Shown here piece by piece: positions 16,798-26,028 of a stretch of DNA of 43,372 nt. Where the stretch lies: the NCBI GenBank assembly GCA_049274895.1, contig JBASTM010000003.1, positions 1 to 43,372 of the forward strand. Direction: 5' to 3'. The position numbers and the translations under genes were made by a program. The stretch is from Minisyncoccia bacterium (GTDB lineage: Bacteria > Patescibacteriota > Minisyncoccia > JACQLN01). The notes beneath the pieces were generated by a model, which ran no database searches, was not told the DNA's origin, and saw only the letters and a program-made list of their open reading frames with translations. Numbering within the stretch: the first letter of the stretch is position 1; the number at the start of each line of letters is the position of its first letter.

Positions 16798-18633
16798 TTA
16801 AGCCGCGGCGCCGGAGATCTGCATGCTTTTCATTAATTCCTCAAACTCGCGCTGTTCGATGGTTTCTTTTTCTATCAGCACTTGGGCGATTTTATTGAGT
16901 GCGCTCCTTTTTTCTTTTACGATTTTAAGCGCGGTTTTGTAGGCCTTGTCTATGAACTTGGCTACCTCCGCGTCTATTTTAGCGGCCACATTTTCGGAAT
17001 AGTTGCGTTGTTCGGAAAGTTCCTTGCCTAAAAACACCAACCGCTCTTTGTCGCCGAAAGTAACTGGACCCATTTTTTCCGACATCCCGTATTCGGTCAC
17101 AATGCGCCGCGCCAAATCGGAAGCGATTTTAAGATCGGAACACGGCCCGGTGGTGACATCATTAAAGACCGTTCTTTCGGCCGCGTAGCCACCCAAGAGG
17201 GTGGCCAGTTCGTCTATAAATTTTGTTTTGGAATAAAAATTTATTTCTTCACTAGGCAATTTTAAGGTATAGCCGCCCGCGCGCCCGCGCGAGATTATGG
17301 AGATTTTATGCACCGGATCGGCTTGAGGCAAAGAAGATGCCACTAAAGCGTGGCCGGCTTCGTGAAAAGCCACGATCTCTTTTTCTTTAGGTGAATAAAC
17401 CTTGCTTCTTCGTTCCGGGCCCAGCATCACTTTTTCTATGGATTCGGCCAAGTCGGTTTGAGTGACTTCTTTTTGGTTGCGGCGCGCGGCTAAAATAGCG
17501 GCTTCGTTTGTTAAGTTGGCCAGATCGGCGCCGCTAAAACCGGGCGTGCGTTCGGCTATTTTTCTCAGGTTCACATCTTGGCTCAAAGGTTTGCCGAGAA
17601 CATGTATTTTCAAAATTTCTTCGCGATTTTTAATGTCGGGCTCGTCAATAATGACCCGGCGATCAAAGCGGCCCGGGCGCAGCAGGGCCGGATCCAGAAT
17701 GTCGGGCCGGTTGGTGGCGGCCACGACGATGACATTGGTATCGCGCTCAAAGCCGTCCATCTCCACCAAAATCTGGTTTAGGGTTTGCTCGCGCTCGTCG
17801 TGCCCGCCGCCCAAACCGGCGCCGCGGTGGCGGCCCACCGCGTCGATTTCGTCTATAAACACAATGGCCGGGGCGTGCTTTTTGGCGTTTCTAAAAAGAT
17901 CTCTCACCCTAGAGGCGCCCACGCCCACGAACATTTCCACAAACTCCGAACCGGAAATATGAAAAAAAGGCACACTGGCTTCGCCGGCTACGGCCCGGGC
18001 CATAAGGGTTTTGCCGGTGCCGGGCGCTCCGATTAAAATAACGCCGCGGGGAATTTTGGCGCCCATGCTTAAAAACTTGCCGGGGCTTTTCAAAAACTCC
18101 ACCACTTCTTTTAATTCTTCTTTGGCCTCCTGGGCGCCGGCCACGTCTTTGAAGGTTATTTTCTCTTTAGTGGGATCAAATATCTTGGCTTGCGAAGCGC
18201 CGAAGCTGAAAGCCTGGGTTTGGCCGGCTTTGGCTTGGCGGAACATAAACCAAAAGAAAAGCAATATCAACAAAAAAGGCAGAATAACCGGCAGAATGTT
18301 AATTAAAAAGTAACCCAGTCCGCTTTCGGTTTTTACCTGAATATCCAAAGCGCTTATGTTTTTTTCTGGTACGCCCAAATTCTTTAAGCTATCTAAAAAC
18401 GAACCGGCTGGCTCTTTGTAAACCACGGCGGCGGAATTGTCGGCCAAGGTCAGTGTCACTTTATCGCCGCTGATGAGCGCTTTTTTAACCTGATTTTCTT
18501 TGACTTGGAGCGCCAGTTCCGACAGGGAAATTACTTTCTCTTTTTTGAAAACGTCGGCCGCGCCCGAGAAAAGTGAAACCAGCACGATAAAGATCACCAA
18601 GGCGAAAAGTATGTTTTTTAATACATCCTTCAT
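16798..18633 (-). CDS. ftsH: ATP-dependent zinc metalloprotease FtsH
   Basis: N-terminal TM helices, Walker A GPPGTGKT, second region of homology and HEAGH zinc motif. Confidence 0.9.
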   Translation of the reverse strand: MKDVLKNILFALVIFIVLVSLFSGAADVFKKEKVISLSELALQVKENQVKKALISGDKVTLTLADNSAAVVYKEPAGSFLDSLKNLGVPEKNISALDIQVKTESGLGYFLINILPVILPFLLILLFFWFMFRQAKAGQTQAFSFGASQAKIFDPTKEKITFKDVAGAQEAKEELKEVVEFLKSPGKFLSMGAKIPRGVILIGAPGTGKTLMARAVAGEASVPFFHISGSEFVEMFVGVGASRVRDLFRNAKKHAPAIVFIDEIDAVGRHRGAGLGGGHDEREQTLNQILVEMDGFERDTNVIVVAATNRPDILDPALLRPGRFDRRVIIDEPDIKNREEILKIHVLGKPLSQDVNLRKIAERTPGFSGADLANLTNEAAILAARRNQKEVTQTDLAESIEKVMLGPERRSKVYSPKEKEIVAFHEAGHALVASSLPQADPVHKISIISRGRAGGYTLKLPSEEINFYSKTKFIDELATLLGGYAAERTVFNDVTTGPCSDLKIASDLARRIVTEYGMSEKMGPVTFGDKERLVFLGKELSEQRNYSENVAAKIDAEVAKFIDKAYKTALKIVKEKRSALNKIAQVLIEKETIEQREFEELMKSMQISGAAA

Positions 18634-18661
18634 AATCTACTACTTAATCACCTTATTTATT

Positions 18662-19810
18662 TTAAGTCAAGGGAGGGATAGAGTTGTCCTCCGAAAGGTT
18701 TGGTTTTAATTCAAAAGCCGGCTGTAAAGCCAATTTGTATTCTTTGGGCTCTAGGGTAGTTACCTTAAAAGGATAACTCTGGCCCAGTTTTATGGCCGCA
18801 GTCATATCTTGATAGGTTTTGAATTCGGAAACGTGGGCTAGCCCCTGGATTTCGGCATCCAATTTAACGAAGGCGCCGAAGGGATTAAATTTGACCACCG
18901 TGCCCGTAACCTCATCGCCTTTTTTGTATTTATTCTCCACACTGTCCCAGGGGTTGGGCTTTAAGGCCTTGAGTGAAAGTGAAATTTTGTCGTGGCCGAT
19001 ATCAATAATCTGGGCTTGTATTTTTTCGCCGATTTTCAAAACATCGCTTGGTTTTTCCACCAATTGCCAGCCAATTTCCGAGATATGGATCAAGCCCTCA
19101 ATGCCGTTAAAAGTTATAAAGGCGCCGAAATTAACCAAACCCGAAACCTCTCCGGCAACTGTGTCGCCGACCTGGTAACTAGCCAGTTTGGTTTCCAATT
19201 CTTTAGAAGCTTTGGCTTTTTCGGACAGGATGACCTTGGCATTTTTTTGGTCGTAATCCAAAACTTTAACTATCAGCGTCTGACCGATAAATTTTTTTAG
19301 CAGTTTCAAGATTTCCTCTTTGTCGCCGCCCTCCACATGGGGGTAGTGGACGCTAGAGAGTTGAGAAACCGGCAAAAAAGCATCCAAACCGCCTAGTTGA
19401 GTAACCAAACCGCCGCGGTTGGCGCCGCTGATTTTAACTTCTACGGTTTGGCCGCTTAGTTTTAGAGTTTTGATTTCTTCCCAAGATTGGTCCAGCGAAG
19501 CCTGGGTCAGCGAAACCTCCACGTAGCCGTCTTTGTTTTCCAACTCTATTATTTTTACCGTCAAAACATCGCTTTTTTTGATGTCTTGAAAGTTGTTGTT
19601 GGAGGCCTCAATTTCGGTTTTATACAAAACAGCCGTTCTAAAATTGTTAAGATCCAAGTAGATTCTGTTGCGGGCTTTTTCTATAACCGTGCCCGGCATA
19701 ACATCACCCTCTTTAGGCAGGGCCAAAGGGACGTTTTTTTCCTGAAGCAATTCTTTCATGGTGATCGTTGGGGGGCTGGCCACCGCAGCATTGTTCAATT
19801 CATTTTCCAT
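18662..19810 (-). CDS. rpsA: 30S ribosomal protein S1 (short, about four S1 domains); the true start may be the internal MKELLQEK
   Basis: Repeated S1 OB-fold segments (GTVVKFNPFGAFVKL..., GEVSGLVNFGAFITF...). Confidence 0.8.
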   Translation of the reverse strand: MENELNNAAVASPPTITMKELLQEKNVPLALPKEGDVMPGTVIEKARNRIYLDLNNFRTAVLYKTEIEASNNNFQDIKKSDVLTVKIIELENKDGYVEVSLTQASLDQSWEEIKTLKLSGQTVEVKISGANRGGLVTQLGGLDAFLPVSQLSSVHYPHVEGGDKEEILKLLKKFIGQTLIVKVLDYDQKNAKVILSEKAKASKELETKLASYQVGDTVAGEVSGLVNFGAFITFNGIEGLIHISEIGWQLVEKPSDVLKIGEKIQAQIIDIGHDKISLSLKALKPNPWDSVENKYKKGDEVTGTVVKFNPFGAFVKLDAEIQGLAHVSEFKTYQDMTAAIKLGQSYPFKVTTLEPKEYKLALQPAFELKPNLSEDNSIPPLT

Positions 19811-19844
19811 GGTTAGAAACTATATCAAAATGTTGCGGTAAAGG

Positions 19845-19876
19845 CAAATAAAGACCCCCGACCTGGCGTCGGGGGC
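19845..19876 (-). terminator. Intrinsic terminator (CCCCCGAC-CTGGC-GTCGGGGG) plus U-run on the minus strand
   Basis: Located between the zinc-ribbon gene and rpsA. Confidence 0.6.
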
Positions 19877-19942
19877 GGAATGAGTCAAAGACTCGTCAGG
19901 CCCGCATTCTCCACCGGCTCTCGTCTTTCTGGCTAGATAATA

Positions 19943-20173
19943 TTAAGGTGGCGGCGGCAATTGGAGATGGGCCTCGCATCCCGGGCAGATGAAAGAAGAT
20001 CCATCTCCATCAGTTGGACTTCTCACACAGTCCAGGCAAAACTCCAGGCGGCACAAAGAACATCGGAAGTTTATTATAACCACCGTCTTACCCAAAACGG
20101 CGGCAATATCCCTACCTTTCAAAGAGCCACAATTCTTACACTCGCGGTTGGGTAAAACCACAGCGTAAGCCAT
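19943..20173 (-). CDS. Small double zinc-ribbon protein (4 x CxxC)
   Basis: C12/C15, C38/C41, C46/C49 and C63/C66. Has its own minus-strand promoter (TTGACA-N18-TAAATT) inside cassette A and a terminator downstream. Confidence 0.35.
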   Translation of the reverse strand: MAYAVVLPNRECKNCGSLKGRDIAAVLGKTVVIINFRCSLCRLEFCLDCVRSPTDGDGSSFICPGCEAHLQLPPPP

Positions 20174-20234
20174 AACGGTTACCTCCGGCGATTGATTGTC
20201 TAACTTTATATAATTTACTATGTTAATATATCTA

Positions 20235-20272
20235 TTGTCAATAGTGAGAAAAAAAGAGGGGTGTGGTAATAT
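20235..20272. promoter_or_regulatory. 38-bp promoter cassette copy A (TTGTCAATAGTGAGAAAAAAAGAGGGGTGTGGTAATAT), bidirectional
   Basis: Plus strand carries an extended -10 TGGTAATAT; the minus strand carries a perfect -35 TTGACA. Near-identical copies at 21261..21293 and about 21807..21846. Confidence 0.6.
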
Positions 20273-20280
20273 ATCTACTT

Positions 20281-20505
20281 ATGAATGGGGCTACAACTAA
20301 AAATAAAACAGAAATAACTCCATTAAGCGTCAATAAGATACGCCGATTGTTTAGTGTTGGTTCTGAAATCACTGAATTGGCAGAGGAGGTTTTAGAAGAA
20401 TTAGGAGAGTATAAACAGGAATTTTTGTTAGGGCTTGAGAAATCTGTTAAAGAAGCTAAGGGCGGGAAGCTTAAAAAGATTAAATCGTTAAAGGACCTTA
20501 AATAG
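20281..20505 (+). CDS. Putative type II antitoxin (unclassified family) partnered with the RelE/ParE toxin; the ORF-track GTG at 20263 lies inside the promoter cassette
   Basis: Small acidic helical protein (SEITELAEEVLEELGEYKQEFLLGLEKSVKEAKGGKLKKI) immediately upstream of relE. Confidence 0.45.
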   Translation: MNGATTKNKTEITPLSVNKIRRLFSVGSEITELAEEVLEELGEYKQEFLLGLEKSVKEAKGGKLKKIKSLKDLK

Positions 20506-20522
20506 GGTCCTTTTTAAGTCGT

Positions 20523-20786
20523 ATGCGGAATGTTTTCGCAACGTCACAATTTAGAAAAGATCTGGCTGAAGTTTCTAGAGATATTTTTACCAAAACCGAT
20601 GCGGTTTTATCTGTGTTGAAGTCAAATCCAGTGGATGTTTCGCTTAAGTCTAAAAAATTAAAAATTGGCACAGATTTATGGCGGGTTAGAATTGGAACGC
20701 ATCGTTTAGTTTACTCATTTAATAAATATTCCTTGATATTATTGCGAATCCGTCACCGCAAAGATGTTTACAGGGGCCTAGAATAA
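20523..20786 (+). CDS. relE: RelE/ParE family type II toxin
   Basis: ...KKLKIGTDLWRVRIGTHRLVYSFNKYSLILLRIRHRKDVY, the RelE/ParE signature. Confidence 0.65.
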   Translation: MRNVFATSQFRKDLAEVSRDIFTKTDAVLSVLKSNPVDVSLKSKKLKIGTDLWRVRIGTHRLVYSFNKYSLILLRIRHRKDVYRGLE

Positions 20787-20787
20787 A

Positions 20788-20815
20788 AAAAGACCCCGAC
20801 GTGATGTCGGGGGTG
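20788..20815. terminator. Bidirectional terminator (CCCCGACGTGATGTCGGGG)
   Basis: Hairpin flanked by an A-run and a T-run, lying between relE and the convergent small gene. Confidence 0.6.
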
Positions 20816-20890
20816 GTGGGGTTGATTTCGTCTGGACCGGTATTCCTTTTGGCCAGAAGAGGGTCTTTCTGGGTTTTAAGGAGCGACAAT

Positions 20891-21187
20891 TCACTCTGCT
20901 GCCACGATAAGCAGATGCGGTGGAATCGCCTCGCAGGGGACTGTAGCCAGAGCTGGTCCTGGTCCACCCAGAGCTGGTCCATCATGACCGCTGTCGCCCC
21001 AGTAATAGGCAAAACAGATGTCGGTTCGCGGATCTTTGATGTACAGGATTTCTTTGACAACCAAATTCGCAGTACTCTGATGGTGAAATTGTTGTGCGCT
21101 CTGGGTTTCTGCTGGCGTTTGGTACAAGTATACGGCGAGTGCCAGCACGACCACAGCCGTAGTAGCAAGTGCGTATGCCTTATTCAC
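20891..21187 (-). CDS. Small secreted or membrane-anchored protein (98 aa)
   Basis: Signal/TM MNKAYALATTAVVVLALAVYLY. Driven by the consensus promoter at 21237..21268 (TTGACA-N17-TACAAT). Confidence 0.4.
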   Translation of the reverse strand: MNKAYALATTAVVVLALAVYLYQTPAETQSAQQFHHQSTANLVVKEILYIKDPRTDICFAYYWGDSGHDGPALGGPGPALATVPCEAIPPHLLIVAAE

Positions 21188-21236
21188 AATTACAACTCCT
21201 TTTGAAAGGTGTTTGGAAAGGAACTTAACCTATCTT

Positions 21237-21293
21237 TAATTGTAGCAAATATATACTGTCTTGTCAATAGTGAGAAAAAAGAAGGGGTGTGAT
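21237..21293. promoter_or_regulatory. Promoter cassette copy B (TTAATTGTAGCAAATATATACTGTCTTGTCAATAGTGAGAAAAAAGAAGGGGTGTGAT), divergent promoters
   Basis: The minus-strand promoter TTGACA-N17-TACAAT drives 20891..21187. The plus-strand side is upstream of hicB. Confidence 0.6.
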
Positions 21294-21307
21294 AGAGTTT
21301 TATTGTT

Positions 21308-21565
21308 ATGGAAACTACTTACACTTATCGAATTATTATAGAACCCGACGAAAACGGCACTTTCCATGGCTATGTGCCGGCTCTGCCGGGTTGTCATACT
21401 TGGGGCAAAACTCTAACGTCTACTAGGGAAAATATCCGAGACGCTATAGATGTTTATTTGCGCAGTCTGCAAGCTGATGGCGAGATTATTCCGGAAGATA
21501 AAGGCGTTGAGATTGTAGAAACTATTAAAATTTATTCGGGAAAGAAATCTCCGGTTCATGTCTAA
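21308..21565 (+). CDS. hicB: HicB family antitoxin (UPF0150)
   Basis: TYRIIIEPDENGTFHGYVPALPGCHTWGKTLTSTRENIRDAIDVYL. Confidence 0.7.
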   Translation: METTYTYRIIIEPDENGTFHGYVPALPGCHTWGKTLTSTRENIRDAIDVYLRSLQADGEIIPEDKGVEIVETIKIYSGKKSPVHV

Positions 21566-21788
21566 ATTGCCGGTTATCAGGCATCGGCAACTCATTAAAG
21601 TTTTGAAGGGACTCGGTTTTTTGGAGCACCCCGAACGGGGAAGCTCTCATTTGATTTTTAAGCATTCCGACGGAAGAATGACTACAGTGGCGCGCCACAC
21701 CGGAGATTTCCCTCGAGGCACTCTGCGGGGTATTCTTCATGATATTGGAATTTCTCCAGAGGAATTTGTGAGGTTACTCAAAAAATAA
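21558..21788 (+). CDS. hicA: HicA family toxin (mRNA interferase)
   Basis: LIKVLKGLGFLEHPERGSSHLIFKH...GTLRGILHDIGISPEEF. Overlaps hicB by 8 nt. Confidence 0.7.
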   Translation: MSKLPVIRHRQLIKVLKGLGFLEHPERGSSHLIFKHSDGRMTTVARHTGDFPRGTLRGILHDIGISPEEFVRLLKK

Positions 21789-21806
21789 AATCCAATCATA
21801 GACATT

Positions 21807-21846
21807 TATGTCAATAGTGAGAAAAAAGAAGGGGTGTGGTAAAATT
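21807..21846. promoter_or_regulatory. Promoter cassette copy C (TATGTCAATAGTGAGAAAAAAGAAGGGGTGTGGTAAAAT)
   Basis: Extended -10 TGGTAAAAT on the plus strand, upstream of 21903..22481. Coordinates +/-1. Confidence 0.55.
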
Positions 21847-21902
21847 TTGATGCAATTAAAATAGGTCCTATAGGACCCATAAGACCAATAGGACTTATAG
21901 GT

Positions 21903-22481
21903 ATGAATTTGTTTTGGTACGGGCAAAATTCAGTAGGCATAGACAGCGGGGGGCACTCGTTGGTAGTGGATCCTTTGGATTTGGAAAAAGAATTAAAGTC
22001 GGCCAAGGCGGCTTCGGTGGTGCTGTTATCGCCAGCCCGCGAAGTCAAAGCGCCCGCTAAAACCAACTCGTTTATTGTAAATAACCCCGGTGAATACGAT
22101 GTTAAGGGCTTTTTTGTATTGGGCTTAGGCGATTTCGGCGGCGGCACTGTTTATATAATAGAAACCGAGAGTATTAGAATTTGTTATCTAGCGGGTTTGG
22201 ACCAAGAGCTTTCCGACGCCCAACTGGAAAGCTTGTCGGATGTTGATGTTTTGGTTATAGACGTGGGCGAAACCGGCGAGCAAAACGAGACCGCTTCTAA
22301 AATAGTGGGTCAAATAGAGCCGAGAATTATCGTGCCCATGGGCTATGACGCCGCCAAAAAACCATCAACCTTTTTAAAAGAAATGGGCGCTTCCGAGGCG
22401 GAGCCAAAGAACAAGTTAAACATCAAGAAGAAAGACCTGCCGCAGGAGGAAACGGAGGTAGTGGTGTTGAATGCGGTCTAG
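21903..22481 (+). CDS. MBL-fold metal-dependent hydrolase-like protein
   Basis: N-terminus NLFWYGQNSVGIDSGGHSLVVDP resembles the beta-lactamase fold; ...DVLVIDVGETGE. Confidence 0.55.
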   Translation: MNLFWYGQNSVGIDSGGHSLVVDPLDLEKELKSAKAASVVLLSPAREVKAPAKTNSFIVNNPGEYDVKGFFVLGLGDFGGGTVYIIETESIRICYLAGLDQELSDAQLESLSDVDVLVIDVGETGEQNETASKIVGQIEPRIIVPMGYDAAKKPSTFLKEMGASEAEPKNKLNIKKKDLPQEETEVVVLNAV

Positions 22482-22532
22482 CGCGACACCAATATACAAA
22501 TGCGCACGAATTAGTGGATTAGCATCGCGCCA
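22479..22532 (+). repeat. GAATG-family intergenic element, copy 2 (short form): TAGCGCGACACCAATATACAAATGCGCACGAATTAGTGGATTAGCATCGCGCCA
   Basis: Begins at the stop codon of the upstream gene and ends at the downstream ATG. Its termini match the copy at 40487..40614. Confidence 0.55.
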
Positions 22533-22874
22533 ATGTCGTTTTATAATTTTATTTACAATCTGCAAAAAAAATCTGAAAGAACCAAACAGCGGATCTTGAT
22601 CGCGCTATTGGTGGTCTCTTTTTTTGTGCTGGCCGGTTTTTGGGTTTGGCTGTTTAAGAATCAAGTGGCCCAAATAAGTTCATCGCCTATGTCGGGTGCC
22701 GAGAGAGTTTTAGGCGGCGAGGGCAAACTGCTAAGCCCGCTAGCTAGTTTGGCGGAGGGGTTTAAGGGTTTTAAGCAAGATCTAACCGATAAAATAACGG
22801 AATACAAAACTGGTTGGGAGGCGAGTCAAAACGATAAAAAAGAAAGACCGGTGTATGAACTGCCAATAGAATAA
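22533..22874 (+). CDS. Small membrane-anchored hypothetical protein
   Basis: TM helix [21 protein letters not shown] followed by a soluble domain of ~70 aa. Confidence 0.4.
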   Translation: MSFYNFIYNLQKKSERTKQRILIALLVVSFFVLAGFWVWLFKNQVAQISSSPMSGAERVLGGEGKLLSPLASLAEGFKGFKQDLTDKITEYKTGWEASQNDKKERPVYELPIE

Positions 22875-22899
22875 GACCAATAGGTCCTATAAGACATAT

Positions 22900-25380
22900 A
22901 TGAGAATCGAGCCGCGAGAAATTACACAGGAAATGCAGGAGGCGTATTTAGACTACGCCATGAGTGTTATTGTGGCGCGCGCTTTGCCCGACGTTCGGGA
23001 CGGCTTAAAGCCGGTCCACCGCCGGATTCTTTATTCCATGCACGAAAACGGTCTTCGCCACAGCGCCAAATACAGAAAGTGCGCCACGGTGGTGGGCGAC
23101 GTCATCGGCAAATACCATCCGCACGGCGACGCCGCCATTTATGACGCTCTCGCCCGCATGGCCCAGGATTTTTCGCTCCGCTATCCGCTGGTGGACGGCC
23201 AGGGCAACTTCGGCTCCATAGACGGCGACGCGCCGGCGGCCTACCGCTACACCGAATGCCGTATGGAAACCATGGCCGAAGAAATGCTTACCGATATAGA
23301 TAAGGAAACCGTGGATTGGAACGCCACTTATGACGGCACTCGCGAGGAGCCGTCGGTTTTGCCTTCCAGAGTACCCAACCTGCTTTTGAACGGTTCGGTG
23401 GGCATTGCGGTGGGTATGGCTACCAACATTCCGCCTCATAATTTAGTGGAAGTGATGGATGCCTTGATTTATTTTGTTGAGAATCCCAAAGCCACCAGCG
23501 AAGACCTAATGCAGTTTGTAAAAGGCCCGGATTTTCCCACCGGCGGCGCCATTTACGGCAAAAAAGATATTACGCAGGCCTATGCTTCGGGCCGGGGGCC
23601 GATGGTGGTTCGGGGCGTGGCCGATATCGTGGAAGCGAAGCCCCACTCCGCCAAGGCTTCGCGGGGCGAGGGTTCAAAAAGTTTTAACATCATCATTAAA
23701 GAAATTCCTTATCAGGTTAATAAGGCCACTATGTTGGAACATTTGGCCGAACTGGTTAAGGAAAAAAAGATAGAGGGTATTAAAGATATCCGCGACGAAT
23801 CGGATAAAGACGGCATCAGGGTGGTGATTGAATTAAGAAACGACGCTTACCCCCAGAAAGTCCTAAATAAACTCTACAAACTGACCGATCTGCAAAAAAC
23901 GTTTCATTTGAATATGCTGGCTTTGGTGGACGGCCTCCAACCGCAGGTGTTGTCGTTAAAATCCGTTTTGGAACAGTGTTTAGCCCACCGCCGGGTGGTG
24001 GTGGAGCGCCGAACCAAATTTGAATTAAAAAAAGCCGAAGAGAGAAAACATATTTTGGAGGGTTTGTCCCAGGCCTTGGATCATATTGATGCGGTTATAG
24101 AGACCATCAAAAAATCGGAAACGCGCGAAGAAGCCCACGCCAACTTGATGAGTAAGTTCAAACTCTCGGAACTTCAAACCACCGCGATTTTGGAGATGCG
24201 CCTGGCCACTTTGGCCGGTTTGGAAAGGAAAAAAATAGAAGACGAACTGGCCGAAAAGAAAAAACTTATTAACTACTACACCGAGCTTTTGGACGATCCC
24301 AAAAAACTTTTGGGCGTGATTAAAGCCGAGTTTAAGGAAATAAAAGAAAAATATCCAAGCGAACGCCGCACCAAGATTTATGCGAGCGGGGTGGGCGAGT
24401 TCAGCGAAGAGGATCTTATACCCGACGAAGAGGTTATTATCACCTTAAGCCGCGACGGTTTTATCAAGCGCCTGCCGCCGGTCACTTATCGCACCCAAAA
24501 GCGGGGCGGTTCGGGCAAGATTGGGGCCAGTGTGGCCGAGGAAGATTTTATCCAGCATCTGGTGGTGGCGAACACCCACGACAGCATTTTGTTTTTTACT
24601 TCTACGGGTAAGGTGTTTTTGGCCAAAGTCCACGAGATTCCCCAAGCTGTGCGGACTTCCAAAGGCCGGGCCCTGGTGAACTTTTTGGAAATCGCCCAGG
24701 AAGAAATCATTACCGCCATCGTGCCGGTGAAGTTTGATATCAAAAAATCCAAAACGCAGGAAACTCTCGGCAAGTTTCTGGTGATGATCACGCGAGGTGG
24801 TATAATTAAAAAAACCCAGGTGTCCGATTTTGCGGGTGTTCGGCGTTCCGGTCTGATTGCGATAAAACTAAAAGGAGGCAAAGGGGGTGATGAATTGGAT
24901 TGGGTCAAATTGACTTCGGGCAAAGACGAAATAATTCTGGTTACCAGAAATGGGCAGGCCATCAGATTTTCGGAATCGGATGTGCGCGATATGGGCCGCA
25001 CTGCTTCGGGGGTCAACGCCATCCGGCTAAAAGCCGGGGATAGCGTCTCCGGAGCCGATGTTATCAGTTCGCACAATAAAGACGCCGAAATGCTGGTGGT
25101 TATGTCTAAGGGTTACGCCAAAAGAACGCCGGTTAAACTGTACAAGCGGCAGAAGCGGGCCGGTTCGGGCATAAAAACGGCCAAAGTCACTTCTAAAACT
25201 GGAGAGATTGTTTCGGCCAAAATTCTGGGCCCGGAAGAAGATTTAATCGTTATTTCCAAAAAGGGGCAGTTAATCAGAACGCCCATCAAAGATATTTCGG
25301 TGCTGGGGCGGGCCACCCAGGGCGTTAGAGTGATGCGGATGAAAGACGGGGATCAGATTTCGTCAATAACAACCTTATAG
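22900..25380 (+). CDS. gyrA: DNA gyrase subunit A
   Basis: N-terminal [23 protein letters not shown]...YHPHGD, catalytic region, and C-terminal beta-pinwheel repeats. Confidence 0.9.
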   Translation: MRIEPREITQEMQEAYLDYAMSVIVARALPDVRDGLKPVHRRILYSMHENGLRHSAKYRKCATVVGDVIGKYHPHGDAAIYDALARMAQDFSLRYPLVDGQGNFGSIDGDAPAAYRYTECRMETMAEEMLTDIDKETVDWNATYDGTREEPSVLPSRVPNLLLNGSVGIAVGMATNIPPHNLVEVMDALIYFVENPKATSEDLMQFVKGPDFPTGGAIYGKKDITQAYASGRGPMVVRGVADIVEAKPHSAKASRGEGSKSFNIIIKEIPYQVNKATMLEHLAELVKEKKIEGIKDIRDESDKDGIRVVIELRNDAYPQKVLNKLYKLTDLQKTFHLNMLALVDGLQPQVLSLKSVLEQCLAHRRVVVERRTKFELKKAEERKHILEGLSQALDHIDAVIETIKKSETREEAHANLMSKFKLSELQTTAILEMRLATLAGLERKKIEDELAEKKKLINYYTELLDDPKKLLGVIKAEFKEIKEKYPSERRTKIYASGVGEFSEEDLIPDEEVIITLSRDGFIKRLPPVTYRTQKRGGSGKIGASVAEEDFIQHLVVANTHDSILFFTSTGKVFLAKVHEIPQAVRTSKGRALVNFLEIAQEEIITAIVPVKFDIKKSKTQETLGKFLVMITRGGIIKKTQVSDFAGVRRSGLIAIKLKGGKGGDELDWVKLTSGKDEIILVTRNGQAIRFSESDVRDMGRTASGVNAIRLKAGDSVSGADVISSHNKDAEMLVVMSKGYAKRTPVKLYKRQKRAGSGIKTAKVTSKTGEIVSAKILGPEEDLIVISKKGQLIRTPIKDISVLGRATQGVRVMRMKDGDQISSITTL

Positions 25381-25405
25381 GACCCATAGGTCCAATAGGA
25401 CCAAT

Positions 25406-25942
25406 ATGATTTCCGGAGGATTTCTAAATCCAGATTCCATAATTACCGATCTTAACATCAAAGCCGGATCCAACATCGGCGACTTTGGTTCGGGTTCGGG
25501 TTATTTCACTTTGATTATGGCGCGTTTGGTTGGAGAGAACGGAGTTGTGACAGCCGTGGATGTTTTGCAAAACAAACTGGACACCATAAAAACAGCCGCC
25601 CAAGCCCAAGGGCTTTTTAATGTAAATTATGTCAGGGGCGATTTGGAAATTGAAGGTGGATCACAATTAGCTGATGCCAGCCAAGATATGGTTATGCTGG
25701 CCAACATTTTGTTTCAATCCCGGCGCAAAGCGGAAATAGTTAAAGAAGCTAGGCGGGTGTTAAAGCCGGGCGGAGAATTGGTGGTGATAGATTGGGAGCC
25801 GGCCGCGCCTTTTGGGCCCCAAGACGGCGGCTGGAAATTATCCAAAGACGAAGCTAAAAATTTGGCGGGCGTGGGCTTCAGCTTGGTGAAAGAAATCACC
25901 GTTTCCAACAATCATTGGGGACTGTTGTTTACTAAGAAATAA
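25406..25942 (+). CDS. Class I SAM-dependent methyltransferase
   Basis: Motif I DFGSGSGYFTLIMARLV and motif post-I VTAVD. Confidence 0.65.
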   Translation: MISGGFLNPDSIITDLNIKAGSNIGDFGSGSGYFTLIMARLVGENGVVTAVDVLQNKLDTIKTAAQAQGLFNVNYVRGDLEIEGGSQLADASQDMVMLANILFQSRRKAEIVKEARRVLKPGGELVVIDWEPAAPFGPQDGGWKLSKDEAKNLAGVGFSLVKEITVSNNHWGLLFTKK

Positions 25943-26028
25943 AATAAGACCTACCCCACTTCGCTGAAGTCTTCGATCCTGAGGTCTCAGACCGAAGGGC
26001 TACGCGGGGCAAGTAGGACTTATATTTA
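25943..26028. repeat. Intergenic element with TAAGACC/TAGGAC inverted termini and core CCCACTTCGC...GCGGGGCAAG, the long form of the sequence inserted in ksgA
   Basis: Its reverse complement CTTGCCCCGCGTAGCCCT-[30 nt]-GCGAAGTGGGG aligns with CTTGCCCCGCGAAGCCCTGTGGGCGAAGTGGGG at 369..401. Confidence 0.55.

Noticed and set aside
20719-21205. Overlapping ORFs 20719..21168 (minus) and 20801..21205 (plus)
   Set aside because: Alternative frames over the small secreted-protein gene 20891..21187. Only the latter has a signal peptide, a consensus promoter and a terminator.
21806-22147. Minus-strand ORF overlapping the MBL-fold gene, and plus-strand ORF 19961..20155
   Set aside because: Each is antisense to a better-supported gene or promoter cassette and shows no recognisable features.
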